The notes below the pieces were generated by a model. The model ran no database searches and was not told where the DNA came from. It was given only the letters and a program-made list of their open reading frames with translations. 64,000 bases of DNA from assembly GCF_006345805.1 (NCBI RefSeq), contig NC_043001.1, positions 53,754,001-53,818,000 of the forward strand, read 5' to 3'. Both the position numbers and the translations under genes were made by a program. This document shows, piece by piece, positions 53,083-64,000 of this stretch (the stretch's first letter is position 1; each line of letters starts with the position of its first letter). Source of the stretch: Octopus sinensis (taxonomy: Eukaryota).

Positions 53083-53611
53083 ATGAGGAGGAGGATGAGG
53101 AGCGAGAAGGGAAAATTGGGCGATGTGGGAAAGAGGAGGAGGGAGAGGGGGAATAAGATGACAACCACGACCACGACCATGTATATCTTTGTATGTAAAA
53201 TAAATTATGTTAGAACAAAGATGAAGCGTTGTCCAATTAATGTAATTATTCGCTAGATGTTTCAAACTAGATTTTTGTAGGGACCAATCTTTGATAATGC
53301 CTTAAGAATGCAATTTTTATGTCATGTAGCATTACGAATGTCTGTGTAATAAGTGCTACATTGAATCTACTTGCAAAGACATGTCAACATAATATTTGAT
53401 TTGACATTAATGTACCTCTGTCTACCTTTGCTTCCGTTCAATGGACAACTATTAATGGACGTTATAGAAGTAAAGTGATTGTAATCGTAACCAATAAAAT
53501 AGAACGTATATTATACGTCCTCAAAACTCTGTGTTCTAACTGCACATATGATTTTAAGTGAGGATAAAAACTTAGCTATATAATATACGTTCTATATAAT
53601 ATAGAGTGTTT

Positions 53612-53903
53612 CTCTCATATTGGCTTTTGGCGCGTAAAACACTCTTGTTTATATCGCTAGCGAAGATAAATCCTTCGCCATTGTCGACACCAAGACCACC
53701 AAATCACTTGCCCATTCCAGATCTACGATCCTATATATCGGTAACGGAGATACATCGCTGCTATATCTAGTATTCGGGCGTTCGTCATTGACAAGACCAG
53801 GGAAAGCCGAAATCGACGTGATGTGATAGTCTCGACACAGTTTTATCTCCCCGCTAGCGATATAAACAAGAGTGTGTTTACGAACCGATGGTCAATATGA
53901 GAG
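53612..53903. mobile_element. MITE-like element with ~60 bp imperfect terminal inverted repeats
   Basis: ctctcatattg...acactcttgtttatatcgctagcg (left) and cgctagcgatataaacaagagtgt...caatatgagag (right); perfect 24-bp core 53639-53662 / 53852-53875; non-coding interior. Confidence 0.85.
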
Positions 53904-53915
53904 TTTTTCTCATGG

Positions 53916-54097
53916 TAGAGGGACTAGGTAAATTGATTGCATGGGCCCCAATACTCAAGTGGCACTTATTCTATTGACCTCCGAAAGGATGATAGGCAAA
54001 GAAAAACTGGGCAGATCTTGAATCTAGAATGCAAATACAGATGCACTGACGTTAAACATTTCACCTGGCTCTTTAATGATTCTGTCGGCTCTCCGCT
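53916..54097 (-). mobile_element. Degenerate family B SINE
   Basis: cccaatactcaagtggcacttattctattgacctccgaaaggatgataggcaaag. Confidence 0.7.
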
Positions 54098-55129
54098 TTA
54101 AATGGAGTTAAATATTATCATTTGCAATTACTACTGCTTCTGTCTCTAAAACTTTTGTGTCTTTATATATTATAAACATTCAGTTGTAATTTTTTGTTGA
54201 AATATTAAGTTTAACACTAACAAACTACAATGTAAAGAAAATATTCGGAATATAAAAAAGCAAATAAATTTGTCATTTTAAACATTTCTTTTTTTTTTAC
54301 GTCCAGCCAAATATCCTCGAAGCCTTTTAACAGTCCTAGAATATTTCGTCCGGTGGATTTTGTAACTTATGAGTGTTTGACGATTAACTAGAAACGTTTC
54401 TGATTTGTAAATATAAAGAACGAAAGTGGAAAAATGAACCAAACGCCGAGATTCAAAGAATATTCAAAGTATCTAGAAATAAGTGTACGTGATGCTATGG
54501 AGATGAAGTGGGAGATTTACATCGTCACCGTAATATCATAATTTGGTTTTGGTTAGATATATTATTTTCTCGTTTTTTTCGGAGATTCTTCCCAGTTTTG
54601 TCGACTTCTAATCTCTAAAATCAATAGCCATTGATTTATGCTTCTTTATGTCATTTAACACATTACCATACACAGAAAAATTGTGGACATAAATTATACT
54701 ACTTCGAGTGTCTTTCTTTTATTTTGTGTTGATTTATTATTTTCAAAATTACTTAATTTTTTATTCTTATTACTTATTTTTATTCAGTTTTATCCATTCC
54801 GAAATCATACCTTTTGGAATTAATGCTGTTTTTACGTGCTGATTTTTGATTTCTAGATACCAAACTACCATTTTCAAATTTTGGTATCTAATACTGTTCC
54901 AACGATCGTTGCTGTGAGGAGCAAATAAGCTTTCTTTAGAATCAGTAAATTCATGTTTTCGATCATCCATTTAGAATTTTGTTACACTACATACCACTTA
55001 TTACAATAAGGTTAATAACATAGCAATTCCAAATTTTCTTATATACCTTAGGCAATGGTCGGCTTCTAATTTCTAATATCTGTATCTACCATCCTAGCAC
55101 CAAAAAAGACCATCAACATCGATTAAACA

Positions 55130-55760
55130 GCAGCAGATGATTTTTTTTTTATTTAGCATAACAATATGCCACTCTGAAGACTCTATTCGATTGTAACATA
55201 TAAGCTTACAAGTTCGTTGCCACAGGCAAGTACTGCAAGATGCTTACTCCACCTTCTGCATCCTCGAATCTAAACATTTAATAAATTCGCAACTGTAGTA
55301 ATGTGGCAGCGTCATCATGAAAACATTTGAAGCAAGTATCCTACATCCAGCGATCAAAACTCCAACCGTTTCTTTTCGTTTAACAAATATTCTACATGCA
55401 ACCGAAATACTACTCTTCTTCATACTCTTTCTAATTATTTATAATCTTTCCATCCTTGGATCAGTCCCTCTGACTTGTTCAACAAAACACCATTCTTTAT
55501 TGGCGTCCTGAATTGCTTAACAGCCGTGTACAGTTTCCTATTAAAAAACGATGTCCATGTTGATGCTTTTTCCCCAATTCTTACTACTGAATTTGTTTAA
55601 GTCTTCAAAATTTCTTTAAATTCCTTCCCTCGATATATTTCATGCTACCCTTAAAAGTACCTCATCACTGCCAGCAACCTATCTGTTGCTAATAGAAAGG
55701 ATTTTGAGAGCAGAAATTCTACAATCTTGTACCCTTATCAATCTTCGTCTTCTAGCTTCT
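55130..55760 (-). mobile_element. Very decayed LINE APE/linker remnant
   Basis: Minus strand DKGTRL*NFCSQN (cf. NGxRLLxFCxxN) and KASTWTS (cf. KxTWxS). Confidence 0.35.
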
Positions 55761-56609
55761 CTACAGAAATGTAATTCGATTGGGAATGTGACGCTCAATT
55801 ATAATATAAAAATGCAAGACCGTATTCTCTAAAATATTTCGAAAAAATATTCACCAGCATTAATTCGTATGTGTGTGTGTTTAATACAAATAAATTAAGG
55901 TTATGCTAAAATAATATTTAATTTTCTGAGTCTTACGCTCTAAAAATCAAGAGTAGTGCATCAAGTAGGATACCCAAAACGCAGTCACACGCATATGTAC
56001 ACAGAATCATACACACTAATAGATCACTTAGAGCAGAGACGTTCTGGTAATCGGTGAATGAGATTACTTCCCGTTGGAAAGCAATGAGATTTTGAGCGTT
56101 CATCGAAATTTTACAAAGTAGGACTGCAGTTCCATCGTTGATCTCCAGTGTATGATTTTTTCCCAAATTTCCATTTAGCAAGCAACTTATAATTTCAAAT
56201 TATTGAAATTACTTATGTTCACGGAGACCAGCATTCAACTTCATGGAACTGGTTGTTTTGTTTTTAGATGGTAATTTTAAGCTACATTATATTACACATT
56301 GTATACTGGAAAAAATATATACAAATGATTGTAAGAATTAGGTGCTCTTTCCGCCAGCCAGGCCCGGGATTTTCGAAGCAACGTTTTGAACCTGGTGACT
56401 TTAACAGCCACAATGTACCTGTCTTTGTTGTAATCTATTCTCAATGTCAATTTAAATGGGTAGTAATTGAAAAGAAAAATGTTAAAAGCGACTGTAACGG
56501 CATGTCGCTGAATCCACCATTTGTTAGTGATTCCCTCTCCCTGGCTGATGACACTTTAGCACTACACAGGCGACAACCCCACAACCTACAAATCCATTTA
56601 GGTATACGT

Positions 56610-56812
56610 CGCTTGTGAGTATTTTACTGGGTCAGAAAGCAAATCCGACTTCAACCTCTTTCAATTGCCTTTTACGATACGCAGATGAAACGGTGAATTT
56701 ATTGTTGGGCGTTCCGGTCGACATACAGCATTAGAGCAACGTAAAATGGAACATTTTGCTCAAGAACACAACACGCCACCTGCTAAAGGAATCGAACTAC
56801 TAGGCCATGTGT
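56610..56812 (-). mobile_element. Family C-related SINE
   Basis: gagcaacgtaaaatggaacattttgctcaagaacacaacacg...ggaatcgaac. Confidence 0.6.
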
Positions 56813-57069
56813 CTTCGTTGGCAGTTGACTTTTACTTCAACAACGCTTCTATTAAATATATGTACACTCTGATATTATTGTCATATTACGCGTATATGTT
56901 ATACACCGGCGTATGCTAAAGGAATCGAACCACTAAGCCATGTGTCTTCGTTGGCAATTGATTTTTACTTCAACAACGCACCAGCAAGTTTATTTCGCTT
57001 ATATTAGATATATGTACACTCTGATATCATTGTTATATTACGCGTATATATTGTACATCGGCGTATGCT
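56781..57069. repeat. Local tandem duplication (133 bp unit; second copy ~20 bp longer)
   Basis: tgctaaaggaatcgaac...ggcgta starts at both 56781 and 56914. Confidence 0.92.
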
Positions 57070-58309
57070 TATGTCGCTGGCGTAACACATACGTAAATTC
57101 AGATTTCACTTTATGTAGATTCTAATTCTGTTAGCATATAAGTAAAAAAACGACTGTCATGGTTGCATCGAGATTATTATGACGACATACAACAGACGGC
57201 AATTCATTTGTTATTCATTAAGTGTGCAATCATTGTATATTGTAATCACATTAAACCTTACAGTGCCAACGATAATATATATAATACTTTTTATCGAGAG
57301 ATGAGCCAAACTGAGTCAAGGAAGTCTAAAAGAAGAAATAAATTACTACGATCTAAGAAGAATGGAATGATAATGATACTTCTGAAGAGCATTATTGTAA
57401 TAAGCTTCCACTCTTAGTGAATTAACGCAATTTCATGTTGCTTCAAAGAAAATAACAACATGTGATACCGCAACACCATTTCAGTTACCATTAAAACATC
57501 AGTTTAACTCACCATGATTTATATTTTCCCAGCCACTGTAAGCAATACGATTAATGAAGTAGAAAAACTGATTATTAATGACAGGTTATAACGGCATTGC
57601 CACAAGAGTTAAACAGCTGGTCGTTGTTAATTACTTATGAACCTAGCAGCATTTCACATTATTTAGATACAACAAACCTGTAGCTTGTACAAAGGTATGC
57701 AGATATCAATTTTCAGCTAACGATTTGATGATGGTGAAAATACAGACTATCTATAGAATTTGAGGAAATTTTGGATTTCTTATATACTTGAAGAAATTTA
57801 ATTCCTGTTTGGGCTTCTTGTGAATTCATAATTCATTTGTACCAGTAACCTGACACCATTTAACAAAACATATGTAAAGAATACTGAAGTGTTGCAATCA
57901 TGTAGTGATGCCAATAACATTTGAAAGATGATGTAGGTTGCACTTCTCATATATTTGTGCATATTTTGAAGCATTGCTATACTAATTTCACGAAGACTAA
58001 CATATACACAGAAACAGTTTGAGAGAATTAATTGCACACACACTCACAAACGTGCATATATGTATATCTATATATAGTTAGATACTTATTTTTGTATATG
58101 TATATAAATGTATATATGTATATACATACATATATGAGCTTGTGCGTGTGTGCGTGTGTGTATATATGTGTGTGTGTGTGACTGCGTGTGTATGTATGTA
58201 AGTATATATATATATCGTTATTAATTTTATTTCAAGCAATTAAGAGCCTGTTTCTAACTTAGATCTAAGACTGCGTCTCTGGAATCTTAACATCAACAGG
58301 GTATTTTTG

Positions 58310-58401
58310 ATGTATGTATGTATGTATGTATGGATGGATGGATGGATGGATGGATGGATGGATGGATGGATGAATGGATGGATAGATGGATGGATGGATG
58401 G
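58310..58401. repeat. (TATG)n-(GGAT)n microsatellite
   Basis: Directly visible. Confidence 0.96.
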
Positions 58402-58569
58402 ACATGTGTAGATTTGTATGTTTCGTTTTATGTATGCATTCTCATACATGTAGCTGCATGTTTAAACATTCTCATATATACGTACATGATAAACTTATGG
58501 AAAATGTTAGAGATTTTTACAATTCCAGTGATGGCTTGAATCTTTAGTTCACAACTCAGCTTACTCCTT

Positions 58570-60570
58570 TCCGGTTTTGAGAAGCCTAATTTCTCAAGAT
58601 TGATACTTAGTGTGTTATATATCCCAGCGCCCCAATAATTACATGTATAAACCTAAACATGTAATATGGGCTGTGTAACTGTAGATTTCTCAACAATTCG
58701 GCGTAGGCGTTTTCCTTTCCGCTGATCTTTTTCTTTATGTTAACATCCGCTGGGTAACTGATTTCCGCAACTGTACACACTTTCTCTTCAGAATCCCAAA
58801 TTATTATGTCTACGTTGTTATATTTACATTTTATTGAGCTTTAATCTGGGATATTCCACCGGTACTCCTTTTTATTATGAGTGGCTATGGCTTCCACCAC
58901 ACTGTAGATTCTTATTTCTTTGGTCTCAAGGTTATCCTTCCGACATATCTCATTATACAGCGACTTAACCACAACATCGTGTCTCATCATTAGGCAATAC
59001 CGTGGTGACATATTTGGTCAGCTGCTTATGACGTAAGTGATGTCGTCGGTTTTAACACCACAAACTCTACATAGGTTGACTCATCTCGTTACTTTTCCTG
59101 CTTCTCTGTTACTTTTGTACCTGAGGTATTGGTTTATATTTTCTGCTCCTGGATTGCAAACACATACCCTTCAAAGTAAGAGGTATTAATCCGGTTGTTG
59201 GTTCATGATAGACTGCTTTGATGATCAATGTTACTATCATCTCAGGGCTTTCTACTAACATATTCATGCATGGTCTTTTCATGTTATACGTTCATCCTTT
59301 CATCTGATGATACGTTGCAGTGTAGTCATGGGACTTCTTTGGGCATGTATTCAAAGTTATCACACAAGGAATGCTGCTCTAGGAATTGCTTTCCAAGTCT
59401 CATGATGTTATCAGCCTCATGTGTGCAAACTTGGTCAAAGGATGCACTTCAAAACTTGGCAGTTAAACGATGTTGCTGAAGGGACATGATACGATATTCA
59501 AAGGCACTCTAGTTAAGGCACTGATGTTAAGCCTCTGCCGCCTTGTTTTCATATTAGGTAGATGTTGTCTAGGACACTGTTGATTTGGAATTTATGTGTT
59601 CTGGATAGTATCTTCCAGGTTTTCATATTAATATCTGAGTCTCATTAAGCATCCAATCAAGCAGCCCAAATGTACTGCAAGCAATCTGTAGGCCACTGTT
59701 TTATTGAATGCACAGAGATCTGAGGTCCATATTTCACTATTCGTCCGTAACATTCCTTAGTGACACATGTCTTGTCGTAAATTATGTTTTCATCTTCCAC
59801 AAGGTACCCGTAACATTCCTCATCAGATATAGGGGAAATAGTCAAGTAACTGATGGAGATATTGTTAGTCTGTTTTACAATTCCCTATTTTAACAACTAT
59901 AAAGCAGCACTTACCCTGGCCAAACTCCATCCTATATCCTTTGAGAATGTTGTGACCAGGTTAAATCTCTTCTTTCATTCCAAGCATATATTTGCATATA
60001 GTTTCAAGTGAGCCACAAAGAAAATGCGTGCAATTTTGGTATTTCTGTTTCCTTGTAAACCAGTGAGATATCCTTCCGACGTCCTTAAAATGAATGACAA
60101 AGGGTTTACAGAAAGTATAAACAACATCACGGAGAGGATGTCCCTTGGAATATGCTTCTGTAACATTGTATTCTATCAGTGATAATACAATATCTCCCTG
60201 TATTTAACTTCAAGATGGTGGCCTATGATTAAATCGGCTCACTTATGACTTTGCTATACCTACTGGAACTTTACAAGTCCATGGAATTCTAGCATTCATG
60301 AGAAAACTCAAAGGCTTTCTTGTAGTCCAGCAACACTGAAATGAGGTTCCGCCTATGCTCCCGCAATTCTGACGTTACAGTTTTGTTTATTAACGGTTTC
60401 TCGGCATATCCACGGACTCCTTTCTTCCAAGTTGCTTGCTCTGCCGTGATGATGATATTACTTTCATAATGAAGATGTTTAAGCATGCTGTATATAGTTT
60501 ATTCATTACGTTCTGGCATAGAATTGGCCGTTAGGCGTTTGGGAATCAGTTTTGTCTATGCCAGATCTAA
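58570..60570 (-). mobile_element. R4/Dong-clade non-LTR retrotransposon (RT to restriction-like endonuclease), decayed
   Basis: EQATWKKGVRG...NLISVLLDYKKAF; DILSVMLFILSVNPLS; HLKLYA (DDLKLY mutated); RHDVVVK; IGALGY near 58625. Confidence 0.88.
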
Positions 60571-60596
60571 GCAGTGTGGTATGCTATTGTTCACAT

Positions 60597-60720
60597 TATG
60601 TATGTATGTATGTATGTATGTATGTATGTATGTATGTATGTATATGTATGTATGTATGATTGTATGCATGTGTGTATGTAAATACGTACGTACGTATGTA
60701 TATATGTATGTATATGCATG
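60597..60720. repeat. (TATG)n microsatellite
   Basis: Directly visible. Confidence 0.95.
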
Positions 60721-61789
60721 TTATTTAGGTAGGGCTAAGGTTCAAGCTGGGATATCCTGCTTATTCCTGTATTCCATTTCAATGTGTAGTTGTTATATTT
60801 ATTTGAAGCATGGGTTAAAGCTGAAAATTATGGAAGCATAATTTTCAGAGTAATATATGATGAGAGAATCAATGGGCTGTGGTAGACCTATTCAACGAAT
60901 GGGGAATTCCAATTTTGTAGGACATTTTGTAGGTCATTCACTAGATCCTTTGTTCGTGGAGTTTACAAGGGTCCAGCTTGTATTTGTAAGAATTTGCTCT
61001 CTCTGCCAAACTAAGCTTACACCGTTTACTCCCAGTTGTATATTCCCCAGTTATTTAAGGAGCTTCCATTCAATTACGTATGGAATCCTTTTCTCTCCTA
61101 AGCACCATACATGCAATGTATGAGTGTGTGAGCGCGTACACACATACATACATACAAACACACATACATACAAACATACATGCATACGTACATACTAACA
61201 TATATCCTGATGCATGAACGCACAAATATCTGCAAACATACACATTCACACACAACACACACATATATATGGTATAATAAAATGAGATACACACACATGC
61301 ATTATATTTGTACTTGAAATGGACACACGTCATAGCAATAAAAGAAATATATGCCAAGTAGAGTAATGCTATTAAAAAGATTATTTGAGCATATGCGAAT
61401 GTCTGTTTAGCTTCAAATGTGTTTGTGTGTGATTGTATATTTGATGTTCAAGCTAAAACATCTTACACTTTTTTCTCATTGTTCTTGTCAGCGTTATCTT
61501 TCTTTAAATCATTTTCCAGCAGCTAGAAAAATCACTTTAATGTTCATCGAATTCCAAATGTTGATTTAGAAATGTGCACTTTGTATATAGGGTTTTAATT
61601 TCCTGAGATTACGGTGGATAAACCTGTAATTTTTCTCAAATTTTTCTCCCTGCATCCTTCGATAAATTACTATTTTGCCCTCAAATGGTTGCAGTATATA
61701 AGTAATTACTGTATATACAAATGTTTCTTTATAAAGAGTACACCAGGCAACTGAGGACAAAGCAAACCAGACGATAAAATAGAGACGAA

Positions 61790-64000
61790 ACAGCGGACAC
61801 CTAGGAAAAAGACAAACATATTCTACGAGAGAGTGGAAATTGAGTTTTTTAGTCGACCCAATAGTAAATGTCTCGCATGCCGTGTATCTTTCTTGTTATT
61901 AACCTCTGGAGTGTTTTTACTTTCCTAATGAGTTGCTTCGTATTGGGGGACCACAGTGGGCAACAGTATTCAAGGTGGGGTCGGGAAAAAACGCTATTAA
62001 AGGAAGATGGTGTTGGAGCACATCTTGCGGGCCAGGTCACCCTTGCTATTTACTCCAGCTTAGATTGTTAACAACAATTACTCCAAGGTCTCTGGTGTTG
62101 TTGGATGACACCATGTAGTCGCCCGAGGGAAGGGCCTATGGTAATTTCAGAGGTCCCTCTGTTCCGAAGTGGATCAAATCAACCTCATTTTCACTTACAA
62201 GCATATTGTTTTTTTTCCGCTCATTGGACAATACCAAACAAATCTGACAGATACAGTTTATGGCTTTCCGGTGTTTTGAATCATCTGCAAACATTTCAAT
62301 GTAGAATGTTTGATGACATCTAAATAATGAAAAGGAGTGGACCCAACATAATACTTTGTGGGACACCAGTACTGACTTTGACTGAGCTGAATCGTATTTC
62401 CTTAGACACAACATGCTGGGTTCTGTTCGTCATGAAATATTTTATCTATTGCGGCAGCTTTCCATGTTGGACGGTTTCTTCAGCAGGATTTTCTGGTCCA
62501 CTCTGTCAAATGCCTTGCTGAAATCAAGGTATATGACGTCAGTGTTGCCTTCTCCCAACGCTATTAAAATGTCATCAAAATGGTGCAGAAGCTGCGACAG
62601 GCAGTCCCTGCCATCACGGAAACCATGCTGGTTGGGTTTCAACAGATTGTTGTCTTCGAAGAAGTGAGTTATTCGTGATTTCACCACCGTCTCAAATACT
62701 TTAATGATTTGAGAAGTGAATGAAATCAGACGGTGGATCCCTGCAAGAGATTTGTTTCCCGTTTTGAAGACTGGAACGACAGACTAGGAGAGGAAAGGGT
62801 CAGGAATGTAGCCAGAATCAAGTGGGTTTCTCCTGAGCTCAGGTAGAGGGGGTGCAAATTGATGTTCGACACATCTTCAGGAGAGTGGCCGAGAATTTAT
62901 GCCGAGTTGTGCTTGATCTTATCTATTTCTGTTAGGATATCAGGAGCACCAAAAGTTGTCAGATATGGTTAGTTGAGGGTTATATCACTGATACTAGCCA
63001 GATCAACCGCATTACGGTTACTGGAGACAGAGCAGTATTGTCTCTGCAGTATCTAGCAAATAGATTTTGCATCATCATGTAAGGTGTTGTTATCATAAGC
63101 CAGAGGACTAACAGTGGTAACAACGTCTTTGTTTTCTTTTTTTTTTTGCAAATGAAAAGAACATTTGGGGATTGAGTTTTATTTTCTCAATGGCCCACCT
63201 ATCCTCAGCTGCTCTTTGTTTGTTAATGATGGTCATTATACTTCTTTGAAGGTTGTGTTTTTTCGATTCGAGTAACGCAATGGCAATCGAATGGGTGCGT
63301 TGCTGCTGGTAGCATTTAAGTTGGTTCATTTTCTTGTTAATTCTTTTTATTTTTCTGATAATTGCTCTTCTATTTCTAGCGATTCTGCACTTAGATTTGT
63401 ATGCTGATCGTAATGGAGTATGTTCTGCGCATACATTTTTTTAAAGTATCTACAAATGTCTGCCATGATGTGTTCAAGTTGGAGGGTGTGCGTGACGACC
63501 CAATCAACTTGTGAAAGATCATAATCGATCGCATCCCAGTCTGCGTTATGAAAATCCATAGTGTCAAATGGATGGACTGGTGAGATATCATTAGCTTTGA
63601 TCTTTGGGTGGTAGAATCTTAGATCGCAGAGAACCATGTCATGGTCCGAGAGTAGTAGTGTTTTTTCCACTGCAATATTGAGGATAGTATCAGTGTGGTT
63701 ATTGAACACTAGGTCCAAGGTGTTTTTGTGACACCTTGTTGGTTCGAGAACAGGGTGGACCAGGAAAAACTCATCCATGAAATCAAGAAGCAATTTGATT
63801 GCTTCCTTATCAGGGATTGAGGTGGAAAAACCTGGTTTCAAGCTGTTTGTGGACCAATCAACACTGGGAAGGTTGAAGTTCCCCATCATTAATAAAAGGA
63901 TAAAACACTTAATACTGTTGAGGCATTATTTGAAGCGTAGAAAAGGAGTTAGGGTGGCCTATAGAGCCCAACTACTATTAAATTGTTGGTTTTACTATAC
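61790..64000 (-). mobile_element. CR1/L2-group LINE ORF2 (APE plus RT), frameshifted, running off the window end
   Basis: MGNFNLPSVDW, PTR..NTLDLVF, LSDHDMV (63347-63889); NQHGFRDGRDCLSQL, DVIYLDFSKAFDRV (62442-62687); FADDSK; RPHLEYCCPLWSP. Confidence 0.93.

Noticed and set aside
54770-54970. 66-aa ORF with protein-like composition
   Set aside because: No recognisable domain or convincing splice context, and it overlaps the degenerate periodic motif

Overview
AT-rich, microsatellite-dense eukaryotic DNA. The repeat families suggest a cephalopod (Octopus-like); this is an inference. I find no supportable host gene, rRNA, functional tRNA or CRISPR array, so the window is probably intergenic or inside a large intron. 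Most listed ORFs are translations of simple repeats. The interpretable content is decayed mobile DNA: RTE-, CR1-, L1/Tx1- and R4/Dong-clade LINE fragments, a Gypsy RT fragment, Penelope-like GIY-YIG fragments, a mariner remnant, at least three tRNA-derived SINE families, and a ~290 bp MITE-like element. The most interesting signals are: (i) several different minimal type I hammerhead ribozyme motifs in short cassettes beside microsatellites (13450 near-intact; 10766 and 25944 mutated; half-motifs at 5552 and 45087); (ii) a tRNA-head + (AAT)n element that may be a Penelope-dependent SINE; (iii) two near-perfect fold-back hairpins at one SINE end; (iv) the MITE. Everything was read by eye and no searches were run.
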